A stretch of 34,724 nucleotides of DNA from Octopus bimaculoides (Eukaryota). Below the pieces are notes generated by a model. That model had not been told where the DNA came from. It did no database searches and saw only the letters and a list, made by a program, of their open reading frames with translations. Position numbers and translations under genes: made by a program. Position 1 is the first letter of the stretch; the number at the start of each line of letters is the position of its first letter. Below, in pieces: positions 10,666-21,954 of the stretch. Location: the NCBI RefSeq assembly GCF_001194135.2, contig NC_068984.1, positions 37,381,831 to 37,416,554 of the forward strand, read 5' to 3'.

Positions 10666-10881
10666 TATATATATATATGTATGTATATGTGTATGTATGT
10701 ATATGTGTATGTATGTATATATACACGAACGGCTCGTTTCAGTTTTCGTCAACAAAATCTGCTATCTACTTGTACGACTGTGATCGACCTGGAGGTAATA
10801 GCAGATGAAACTTATCCAGTGCGCCACGTATCGGAACCATGTGATTGAGGAGCAAACTTCTTTCCACACAGCCTCATCTGC
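10666..10881 (-). mobile_element. SINE microsatellite remainder and 5' (tRNA-head) half, right part of the split SINE
   Basis: TA/TATG tract, then cacgaacggctcgtttcagttttcgtcaacaaaatc...ggaaccatgtgattg..agcaaacttctttccacacagcc, colinear with 8876-9038. Confidence 0.8.
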
Positions 10882-10959
10882 GGAAACATGATTTTTAAAT
10901 TTCTAAAAATCCTTGAGAATAATATTTGGCTGACTTTCGTGTAAAAAAAATATGCGCTA

Positions 10960-12320
10960 TAAAAAGAAAGACACAAGGTTTAAAAGAGAAAATCTATAAC
11001 ATGCACACAGCCAACAATTAAATCTCAAAGCAACACAGAGCACACCAATCTTAAATATTCGATATCTAAAGAAGATTCATATTATAAGAACCATGAATTG
11101 TACATAAAACAGAAACGAAACGAAATTCAGAGAACAGAAGAGAATCGTAAAACATAAGTTGCTCTATGCGTCGGAAATTAGATAACATGGCGGAAAGGTA
11201 GCAACCAATGAAAAACTAAAGATAAAAGAATCGATCTGAACAGATAGATAAATGGAAGAACAACATCAAAATGTTAATGTTGTACCACCGAGAACAGTAG
11301 AACACCCATATCGAAAATATCCCACCATCCATTAACCATCGGTATCAATGATGTCACAATGGAAAAATTGAGGGAAGCTACCACGGAGACCCGATAGCAT
11401 ATCCAAAGACTATGGAAGAGCGGGAATCTACCAGAACCCGTATTAGAAGTGTGCAATGAAGCACTAAATGAAGATAAGCGTGAAGTAAGGTCAAAATGAT
11501 GCTTAATAGCATTCTGTAAGAAAGGAAATTTAGGACAAAAAGTAAACTTTAGAGACATTACAATGAATTCTACAAAAGGTATATAATTAAATGCTTCACA
11601 ATAAAATCAGGCGCCATATTGAACTATTATCGTGCGAAAATCAAAATGGTCCGGATCAAACAAATCCGCACTATTACAAATACACACTACAAGCAGAATA
11701 AAAGAAGGAATGAAACTAACAAAATCATAAATTACAAACAGGACGCATCTTTATAGATTTTCGTAAAGCGTTGGACTGTGCCAACAACGTGAATTTCGAA
11801 ATTGTAGGAGTATACAGAAAACCCACCTAAGATTGTAATATTAACCATCAAGTATGCTAACATCACAACAAAAGTCTTCAGATGGCAGTATCAGCATGTC
11901 TCAAAATTCTAACTGGAGTATCAAGGCGCTATCTAAAAATCGTACCAAATGACACTCTGCTACCATATCTATTTATAATTATATTGGCTTAAGTTATGAG
12001 AACAACTATGGAAGCGTATACAAATATGGGAATTATCGTGTAGCCATAAGCTAATCGAAGATATCCAGCCAACAATGTCATGGATATAGATTACGCAGAA
12101 GACATGGCGACAATATACGACGCAATAGAAGTGACTATACTTTATAGTATCGAAAAATACTTGTGGCGATAAACATTTCGGTATTGGAACGTGGAACTCC
12201 CATCAACCGTGAGCTTTCAGCAGCTGCAATGGAAGATAGGCATCAGTGGAAGCTTATTGTCAATGAAGTCAGATCATGTTTAATTTGACGAAGATGCTGA
12301 TGATGAGGATGATGATGATG
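10960..12320 (+). mobile_element. Decayed RTE/RTE-X-like LINE (RT region plus 3' end)
   Basis: RT motifs in order, with stops and frameshifts: LIAFCKKGNLGQKVNFRDITM (about 11503-11565), FIDFRKALD (11750-11776), DTLLPYLFIIIL (about 11951-11986), DIDYAEDMA (12083-12109). Then a C-terminal ..AAAMEDRHQWKLIVNEVRS and a (GAT)n tail at about 12295-12320. Confidence 0.85.
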
Positions 12321-12534
12321 AAAATGTCTTTTAATTACATTTCGCATAAGCTTTGAGATATATTATATATTATACTGTCTTTTCGGATCCACTGTTGTCA
12401 TTATCATCATCATATTATTAAGAACATGATTTCTTACAATATTTGTTATCATCATTATTATTCTGAAATATCAATGGAGTGATATTATCAATAGAACGTC
12501 ATATATAGTACCTTATAGTAGTTAGTTATGTTGT

Positions 12535-12675
12535 TTTAACGTCCTAAGTTCAAATCGAGCTCTTGTCGACTTCCATCATTCCGAGATATAATATACTAAG
12601 GACTGGAGGGTCTATTTCATCGATTGTGCCATTCCTTGAAACTGATGACCTTGTTCTCAGGTTAGAAATTATTAT
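12535..12675 (+). mobile_element. Decayed SINE of the 14178-14411 family
   Basis: B-box-like aagttcaaatc followed by gtcgacttccatcattccgag and a tail ending ttagaaattattat. Confidence 0.55.
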
Positions 12676-14177
12676 GATTTGTATTATAGCCATCATCATT
12701 GCTATCATTAACATAAATTGTGATATTACATGGAAATGAGAAATATTCTCAAATATAGAAATGTTACCCTTTGCCTCTTGTCTTTCATTCTATTATGGCA
12801 GCTGTTATGCTGTTCGTTGGAGGAGGAAGCATTCTTCATTTATTAAATGAGATTTCTAGAAGTGGACATCATCGATCAGCCAAGCTTTCTGAATTCGATT
12901 TTACACTATATTAAACGTTTGTTATAATATATCAGTTTTGTTAGTTGGATTGCTAGAAGCAAACGTACTTGACTTTCGTAACTGGTGAAGCTTAAGAGAT
13001 TTACTAGAATTTTAATTAAGCAATATTTAATCAAAATTGGTAAAAGCAATATCTTTGTAAGATATATTGCAAAAGTCAGAATAGCAATTATAATAGTGAA
13101 AATATTATTTTACATTGTCTTATGCTCGTTAGTTGATATATAGGTATATTTGTTTTCGATATGTCAGAGAGTTTGAAAACGAAATAAATTAAATCGACAT
13201 CAATATATTTTGCTATTTACTTGTACTAAATTTTTCTCTTTGTTTAGTTTGTCTCTTTTGTGATCTGTGTTCAAATTCGACAATTTCAACTTTATTTTTC
13301 ATCCTTCCGATGTGGATAAAATAAATATCAGTTAAATATTGAGTGCATTTAAATTAACTATACCATTCCATTCAAAATCTGTCAGCTTTTCTAGTTTTAG
13401 AGAGGAGTATTTGTTTCTGGAAATTAAATGTTTAAAACTGTATTTTATCGAAAATATGTCTCACATTAGTCATAATCAATGACGTGTTTTGAGGTTCGCT
13501 GGTATCTATTTGAATATGTGAATGAAACTATGGTATATGTTTGATAACATTTCCAACCTGAACAAACATATACACGCACGTAAACACAAAAACTCAAATA
13601 TGGACCCGCACAAACATATGCACACGCATGTGTATGTATATAAACGTGTATGTATCCTCAAATAACTGCAAAAGATAAATCTGCAAATAAAGTAAACACT
13701 GATCCCATTGTTATAGTGGAATGAAAATAAGCTACCTCACAGTATGTATCATGTAATATAATAGCTAATAATAAGCTGGATGACAAAAACTGATTAATTT
13801 TCTCTTTGATTGAATAAAAAAATTTTTTTTTTAATAATCATAATATCGCTGTATGTATTTAAAATAGGATACACAGTTAGATGATTTCTTACATTCTGAG
13901 CAGAATTAATAACTGTTACAATGGTAATAGTTACAGCATCTGAAAGTATTTAGGAAAGGATACTGAAAGCATACTTGTATCAGAGAGACATAACCCGCAC
14001 ATATTGTCCTTGCGAACAATATCGTTGGCTTTAAGGCACACATATTCTACCCTACAGATGTAGAACTTTAAAACTGACGTCAATGGCACAAGAATAAACA
14101 AATACGACTGTGATCACCCTCTAATAAATTCCAAATCTTTTAAAATTGGAACGAAAATACAGGACTCTTGCAGCTTT

Positions 14178-14411
14178 CATATTCATTTCTTTATTGCCCA
14201 CAGAGAGCTAAACACAGAAGGGATAATCGAGGATAGACAAAGGGATTAAGTCGATTACATTGACCCTTGTGCGTAACTGGTACTTCTTTAATCGACCCCA
14301 AAAGGATGAAAGGCAAAGTCGACCTCGGCGGAATTTGAACTCAGAACGTAACGGCAGACGAAAGCTAAGCATTTTGCCCGGTGTGCTAATGATTCTGTCA
14401 GCTCACCGCCC
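14178..14411 (-). mobile_element. tRNA-derived SINE, second family, with a Meta-like central domain
   Basis: On the - strand: head AGGGCGGTGAGCTGACAGAATCATTAGC, B box GAGTTCAAATT (14333-14343), central GAGGTCGACTTTGCCTTTCATCCTTTTGGGGTCGATTAAAGAAGTACCAG. Assignment to the Meta domain is from recall. Confidence 0.88.
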
Positions 14412-14499
14412 TGAGGCAATTTTCATATTATTTAAAATTACAGTCTCACTGAGAAGAACTGCCATTGTCTAAAGGACTAAATCTGATAAACATTTAATT

Positions 14500-14724
14500 C
14501 ATAATTGTTTCCAATTTAGATAAAAGGCCAGCAATTTCGGCAAGAGGAAGATATTAGTTGATTGCATCGACCGCAGTGCATGACAATAACTTTATTTTAT
14601 CGACCTCAAGAGGATGAAAAGCAAATTTCACTTAAGCGAGTTTTGAACTTAGAATCTATAGAGCCAGAAGAAATAATGCAAGGCATTTAATCCAACGTTC
14701 TACCGAAAATGCCACTTCGCCGCC
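14500..14724 (-). mobile_element. Older copy of the second SINE family
   Basis: ttttatcgacctcaagaggatgaaaagcaaa...ttttgaacttagaat...ttcgccgcc is colinear with 14290-14411 but has a different tail. Confidence 0.7.
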
Positions 14725-15239
14725 AATTTAATGAAATATGGACTGCTGAGAAAGGTAATTCTGAAACTTTTTTATCCCTGTAATAACACGACATATTTAG
14801 ACCTCAGGATTTGGGTCAGAATTAGTAATTTAGAAAATTATTCACTTCTCAGAGAGTGTAATATAAATTCCATTACAATTTCTAAGTTCACAACTTCAAA
14901 TACGCTCAACCTATTTAAGTATTTACTTTTATACAGCAGATATATCTGATCATGTTCTCATTGGTTCTCTGTTTGGTTAGCGTCACTCTGTGTCCATCTA
15001 CAAAAATTCTCTATATTTCTCTACTAGTCATTCTAAAATCTCAACCAAAAGTGAGGCCTAGGAGCTCTGGCAAGACCGAAACATGTGCAGAGATGTTATA
15101 CTTTGAAAGAAAACATGAAATATTTTTCGTAATTCCTAATGCCTCCTCATATTTGCTGACTCAAGAAACAAATCTCTGCGAATTACATTAAGCAAAACAC
15201 TACAGTCTCCTACTGAGTAGCTAAAACTTACAGGACGAT

Positions 15240-17560
15240 AAACCAGGTTAGTCAAATGTGGGGGCATGCGCCGCTGTTGCAGTACGTTGCTGCATTCACC
15301 ATTCGTCGGTATATTCCCGGGTCCTCCCGGCAATCCGATTAGCAGTGTCCCAGTCAGTCGCCATCTGAGCGAGTTCCTCAGTGAAGGGAACATAGGAAGC
15401 AGGGTCTAATTCAGAAAATAGAGCAACATGGCCAAACAGTCTGAACTGGCGTTCCTGAACCATACAAGTAACAGGATGCATCCCAGTTTCTGAGTCGTTG
15501 GTCGGATACGAAATCCGACCGATGGTAACCCTTAATCCTGCGAAGTGTTCTAGTACCAAAGGAGTGCAAGCAGCCCTTTACGGCCCCAGACAATTCTCGC
15601 AATTACAGAGCGGAACAGGACGGACCAGAGACTTAAAGATCCGAACCATTGTCCTCCTACACATATACCGGCAGTGTAGAAATCCCTTGTCCAATGAGTC
15701 CACAACTGCACCAGCTCCTCTAAGTCTTTTCAGGACTTCAAACTCGCAGCCATTGCCGCTATGTATCCTGATTCCGAGATAAGCAAAGCATTGAACAACT
15801 TCGCCATTCTCACACGGATCAAATAGTGACGAAATAAAGTCCTCCAAGAAACCAACGAAAGGTTGGAGATTTGACCCAAGAAAGTCAGGCTCCCTTACTC
15901 AGTGAAAGGAAGGCGCTCCTCTGAAGATATCAAGTAAGAATAAGTGCGTCGTCAGCAAAATCTAAGTCTGTAATGTAATGCTAGTTTCACCAATGAGTGC
16001 ATCACAACTCGATCGATCCACCATTCGGCCAAATATCCAGACCATACTGACATTGAATAGAATGGGAGCCAAGACAATGATGACGAACTCCAAATCTAAC
16101 TGGATAAAGGTCAAATGTTGAGACACCAATCCGAAATGCGCTGACTGTTCTGTGTACAAGGCCATCATCAGCCAAATCAGTTGAGATGGCATGCTTCACA
16201 GCTCCAGAATCCTTCAAAGCATATCTCTATCCACCGAGTCAAACGCTCTGCTGAGGTCGACATAAGCAGAAAGCTTACCCTGCCAAAAGCTGAACTTGCG
16301 TTCAATGAATGCACGACAAACCAGGATCTTGTCAGCAGTTGACCACTTTGGCCTCTTGTTAGCAGTTGACCTATTTGGCCTGAATGTATCAGCTGCTGAG
16401 ACGCAAGCAAATGAGTTTGCACTCTGTTCAGGATGATCCTGGTTGACCTTACCGAGCACTGAGAGGAGTGTATCAGCCCTATGATTGTTGTAGTCGTAGC
16501 GATCACCTTCAAATTTTCAGATTGGAACGCTTATACCTCTTTCCCAGTCAGGCAGTAGGATCCCGCTTCTCCAGATTAAGCAGACAATCTGCTGCCAGAA
16601 CATGACAACAAAAACAAAACCTTTGTTGATCATCCCACTATGGATGCCACACAAATCGGCTAAATTCCCGCGCTTCAGCTGATTTGCCGCAATGCGAACC
16701 TTGTCTTTGAATGGCAGATCACAGCTCACTGGTCGGCCGGTCACCAGTGCTGAGGACATCATGATATTCAGATATACAACACCTGAAAGTACGATGTCCA
16801 GTGAGCCACTACCATGGACTCCTCCTTCAGAAGTGTGCCATCAGTGTTTAAAACTCCAAAACACTGAAGGCGGAGCTTCATCCACTGAGCATTAACGACT
16901 ACTATCCAAACAGTACGTGAATCAGATGTATAAGGCCGACTTACAGCCTCCTTGCAGATTTCTAGGATTTGTATTTTCTTGTCAGACCTTGCCCTGACTA
17001 CCCTATATTTCAGCCCCCGAAACAAATCACCAGGAGTTCCATCAAGTCTGCTTTGCAGTCGCACTCAACCAACAACGAGGGTCTTCCTGGAAAGGAAACG
17101 TTTTCTGGTCTGATTTTGGAAACCGATACATTTCCTAGCAGCCGCCGACAGTAGGGTATTTCAGTAAGCTTCTCACATTCCCACAAAATCAGACGAGTAG
17201 TAAGCCCCAGATAATACGGATCCAAGTTGCTGCGAGTAGGTCTTGCTTACGCCGATGTCTTTAAGCCTGTCCGCATTCAGTCTGAGAATGGTTGCCTTCA
17301 ACTCGGCCACAGCATGACTCTGGTCGGTGATCAAGAATCTAGTGCTCCTTCAGAGAGAACATTCCAGATTTCTACCAAATAGGCATCCTCAGGTTGAACT
17401 TAGATTTGTTACTCTTTTGCACCACTCAGGTGACAACTTCCAATATATCCTGTCCTCTAGGTTTTCCCCCGTTCTGCGAATGGAAGTCCTGACGGTTTTT
17501 CTCCACTTATTTCATGCAACGTGTATTATAGAGTTGAGTTACTTCTCCCCGGAGGAAAGA
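15240..17560 (-). mobile_element. RTE-clade LINE relic (truncated endonuclease, RT and 3' end), many frameshifts
   Basis: On the - strand: WNV-like endonuclease start near 17370, LPDWERGISVPIWK, AYVDLSRAFDSVDR (about 16220-16270), VLAPILFN, DLDFADD (15948-15968), FAYLGIRIH..EVLKRL..VRIFKSLVRPV, RQFRLFGHVA, and a C-terminal PGGPGN..RRMPPH end. Visibly more GC-rich than the flanks. Confidence 0.92.
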
Positions 17561-17699
17561 ATATTTTGAGAGTGCACAAGAGGTTGTTACTGGTGAGGGT
17601 TTTACGAGGTTGGAGCGCAGATGCTACATCAGCCTCTTTTAGATGCCTTTACAAGACAGAGAGAAGACGTGAGGTCTATTCTTTAGCATACCAGTCCCC

Positions 17700-18545
17700 A
17701 CACAGCATAAAGACACATCCTAATACAATATATCCACAAAGAAAAATCATTGGCGCCCAAATTAATAGTATATTACAAAGAGAAATGTTTATCCATACAC
17801 AAAGGATATATTATCTCTTGAAAGATTAAGATAATTTTTTATCCTACCACCAATGTGAACTAATGAATTCTTATAAAAATTCATTGAACATAGATAATAG
17901 ATACATCCTCAACTCCATTGTCATACAGTTTAGAAACATCAAGAAATAATAACGATCCATTTTACACAAAGTCTTATAATTCGGTAAACATTCACCACCA
18001 TTAGCGATACTAACACCGGTATAATAATGATCAACACGAAATCGCTCGGTTTTTATGGAAAAGTCTTGTGTTAATAAGGAAAATTATGAACTTTTTGAAA
18101 TCTCCATGGTATTCACTTTTCTGAGATGAACAACACTGTGACTTGATGGTTTTAGAAATTGTTGAATAACGAGTAAACTTCTACAGTATAGGAATGTATA
18201 TGGATGATAAGCTGATAATCTCTCAGCGCAGGAAGAGTTGTAACTTGAGAAAATTTAGATAAACATTATTAGATAGATTTAAGGAATTTAATTAAACAAT
18301 TGCCATCAGTTCTAATATAAGGATTGTCAATACTTCAGAGATAATATTAGACCTGTCTAACGACAAGTGCTATCGTTAAAGAAGTTGAAATTCAGTATCG
18401 CGCACATAAATAAAACTCCAACCATCCACTCGAAAGCACAAAAGAAAAATCTCAGTGACTGATACCAATAAATTATCCGACATTGGCACATTAAATGAAG
18501 CAGCATCCCGCAACTATAATGCATTAATAAAATTGGTTTCTATTA
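17700..18545 (+). mobile_element. Penelope-like element RT relic (Naiad/Chlamys-like motifs)
   Basis: IIFYPT, KENYELFEISMV, HCDLMVLEIVE*RVNFYSIGMYMDDKL (DD at 18203-18208), RFKEFN*TIAISSNIRIVNTSEIILDLSNDKCY, HINKNSNHP. These parallel the PLE RT motifs FYPS / LFDVTMGS.DGAE.C.LVG / IGLYRDDGL / IVNFLDVTLDL / YIN..SNHP. Confidence 0.8.
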
Positions 18546-18571
18546 GAGATTAGAATATATGACTCAAAACC

Positions 18572-18626
<55 letters not shown>

Positions 18627-18907
18627 ATATATATATTGTTTACTTTGGTATTGAATGTAGCATCCAATATAATTAGTAATTTCTTATTATTAACAAACGA
18701 AACATTTGCTCGCTTCCCATAAATATTCCAGCTCTTTAGTAAGAATAATGTAAAAGATAGCTACAGTTGCTTGAAAAGTATCGCATCTTAAATATACCAC
18801 ATCCAGAATCGTAGAACAAGAAGAAAAAAACAGTTCTATCGCCAGAAGTGATTTGCTGCAACATTACAACCTGTCCACTTAATAGTAAATGTTCCATTTA
18901 TGCGCTA

Positions 18908-18965
18908 AAGATCTAAATAATAATTTTCTGTGGCAGATGGCACAGAAAATTATTACTTAGGTCTT
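18908..18965. repeat. Inverted repeat / hairpin: 25-bp stem, 8-nt loop
   Basis: aagatctaa-a-taataattttctgtg [gcagatgg] cacagaaaattatta-c-ttaggtctt. The inner 15 bp (18918-18932 with 18941-18955) pair perfectly; one mismatch and one G-U further out. Confidence 0.9.
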
Positions 18966-19606
18966 ATAAAGAGCACATTGAAGACCAGACGTACAACACA
19001 GTCACTCTTTCAGATCGAGACATCGAATAAATTCCACCCTAAAAAGACTTTTTCACATGTGTGTATAAAGGAGCATTATTGAGACTGCAATTTCCTAGTC
19101 CAATTGGAGCAAAGACAAACAGCAGGTGTAATCGAAAAATGTAAATAGCGTATATTTCGAAACGTTAAATAATAAAAAAAACATTTTCCTTGGGATAAGA
19201 ATAAATATAGCTGAATAGAAAGTGTGAAACCACTCCCACCACCAACGTAGCAATAATATCCCTCGGCATAATACTTACACTTGATCGTTCCAACTACCAA
19301 TCCCCACAAAGTAATTATTTTTTCATTCCACTGGGGTAAGTCGATAATAACAACAGAGAAAGTACCATACAAACAATTGCTTTCAAACATACTCTGTTCT
19401 GCATCACAACCCAAACCTTAACCATTATCACGTGACAAAAGCTGACCAGTAAAAATAGAACAGAATAGTACAAGTCTTATTCTCCAAGTTGTTTAACGAC
19501 TACCACTACCCCCAGGCCAAGTTCATGCATTAATTTTGGGTTGAAAAATCATTTATGGAATAAACTATCAACTTCACATATGTGCACGAACACGCGGGCC
19601 CATATG

Positions 19607-19607
<1 letters not shown>

Positions 19608-19654
<47 letters not shown>
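19608..19654. repeat. (TG)n microsatellite
   Basis: Direct reading. Confidence 0.97.
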
Positions 19655-19660
<6 letters not shown>

Positions 19661-20252
19661 TGTATGCATGTATGCGTATATATGTAAATGTGTTTGTGGG
19701 TATGTATGCATGAATACTAAATCACACGTCAAGTAATCGGTGTGAGAGATAAAGTAGATTTTGTGGAATGTCTTTTCTTACTCAGCAACATTTTAAAGAA
19801 TGCCTTAATATTTTGATTCAACACACTCTTTCACCTTCTCTGCTGAAAAAGAACTTCACTAGTATGATAAGATATTACTCCTATTTATTTTACATTATCT
19901 TCCAATGATATTAAAACGTAACAAGTAATTTTTTTTTATTTTAATTTTAATTCTCGTAATTGAATTATCTGTAATATTTTATAGGGCGAAGCTTCTGCAT
20001 CGAATTCTGCAAGGTTGGCAGATACGATCTGAAATTTCAGAAAAATTTTCAGATATAAAGAATTTGCCCGTTTTGTTTTTCGTCTTGTTTCATATCTAAC
20101 AAATTTCATCTCACCTTTGCGATATCTCATTTTATATCATTCTCACTTTCCCTCACTCATACTCTTCCTCTCTCAAGAAGTTTATATATTTAAATACTCT
20201 ACATGAGTATTAATAATATGCCCTCACACTGACAAACAAGCATACACGCCCA

Positions 20253-20292
<40 letters not shown>

Positions 20293-20541
20293 TACACACA
20301 CACACATATATATATATATATGTAAAATAGAAATATTAATATTTCTAAGTCTCTCTAAAGGAGACTACGACAGCGGTACTGGATACTAATAGTTATCGCT
20401 AAGCTAACATGGTAGTCCAGAAAAATAGGACGAATACTGCCGTTGATTAGCTCCAAGAGGCCATCGCCTCCAGCTAGCTATGTGACACACGAACCTGTGT
20501 CCATTATAACCTTCGAACAGGGGAGGTCAGCCACACACAGA

Positions 20542-21421
20542 NNNNNNNNNNNNNNNNNNNNNNNNNNNNNNNNNNNNNNNNNNNNNNNNNNNNNNNNNNN
20601 NNNNNNNNNNNNNNNNNNNNNNNNNNNNNNNNNNNNNNNNNNNNNNNNNNNNNNNNNNNNNNNNNNNNNNNNNNNNNNNNNNNNNNNNNNNNNNNNNNNN
20701 NNNNNNNNNNNNNNNNNNNNNNNNNNNNNNNNNNNNNNNNNNNNNNNNNNNNNNNNNNNNNNNNNNNNNNNNNNNNNNNNNNNNNNNNNNNNNNNNNNNN
20801 NNNNNNNNNNNNNNNNNNNNNNNNNNNNNNNNNNNNNNNNNNNNNNNNNNNNNNNNNNNNNNNNNNNNNNNNNNNNNNNNNNNNNNNNNNNNNNNNNNNN
20901 NNNNNNNNNNNNNNNNNNNNNNNNNNNNNNNNNNNNNNNNNNNNNNNNNNNNNNNNNNNNNNNNNNNNNNNNNNNNNNNNNNNNNNNNNNNNNNNNNNNN
21001 NNNNNNNNNNNNNNNNNNNNNNNNNNNNNNNNNNNNNNNNNNNNNNNNNNNNNNNNNNNNNNNNNNNNNNNNNNNNNNNNNNNNNNNNNNNNNNNNNNNN
21101 NNNNNNNNNNNNNNNNNNNNNNNNNNNNNNNNNNNNNNNNNNNNNNNNNNNNNNNNNNNNNNNNNNNNNNNNNNNNNNNNNNNNNNNNNNNNNNNNNNNN
21201 NNNNNNNNNNNNNNNNNNNNNNNNNNNNNNNNNNNNNNNNNNNNNNNNNNNNNNNNNNNNNNNNNNNNNNNNNNNNNNNNNNNNNNNNNNNNNNNNNNNN
21301 NNNNNNNNNNNNNNNNNNNNNNNNNNNNNNNNNNNNNNNNNNNNNNNNNNNNNNNNNNNNNNNNNNNNNNNNNNNNNNNNNNNNNNNNNNNNNNNNNNNN
21401 NNNNNNNNNNNNNNNNNNNNN
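20542..21421. other. Assembly gap (N)
   Basis: Run of N. Confidence 0.99.
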
Positions 21422-21769
21422 TATATATACACACATGTATAAGGGATGACCACTAGGTGGACATCCAATATGCTACAAAGAGAACATCAACGACCCAACC
21501 ACAAAAAAAAATAATGTTCTCCAGAAAAATTTCGCAAAGCACCAGAACAGGACAAAATGAGAAATATAAAATAAATAATTAGCTGTGTACTGCAGTTTCG
21601 AACATTACCTTTTTACTTACGTAACCACATCCGCGTTCTCCTCAGCACAGCCTCACACAACTATATCTGACCAGTTGTGCGTTAATTAGCTAGTTGTTTT
21701 GATTTTCAAGGTCTACCAAATATATATATTTGTACTTTATATACGTACGTACATATAGCCAGTGTTTGC

Positions 21770-21950
21770 ATTATTTATGTGCGAATGTCTTGTTTCCGTA
21801 GCACCTAAAGCTGGTGTTTATACTGTTTTATTTTATGTATAATAAACACTTCGGCAATTTGCGATGAATAGAATAAGCACATGATTGAAATAAGTACCAG
21901 GGTCGAAAGTATCCGCTAAATTCAGGAATAATTTACCCCAACCTGGAGAT
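21770..21950 (+). mobile_element. Decayed 3' half of the first SINE family
   Basis: gctggtgttta...ttcggcaa...gaatagaataagcac...aaataagtaccagggtcgaa parallels the - strand tail of 8641-8830. Confidence 0.45.
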
Positions 21951-21954
21951 AATG

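Noticed and set aside
15190-17700. Target-site duplication around the RTE relic
   Set aside because: No convincing matching direct repeat found on the two flanks.
20360-21500. Repeat-like sequence on both sides of the 880-N gap
   Set aside because: Probably interspersed-repeat fragments, but too little is visible to classify.
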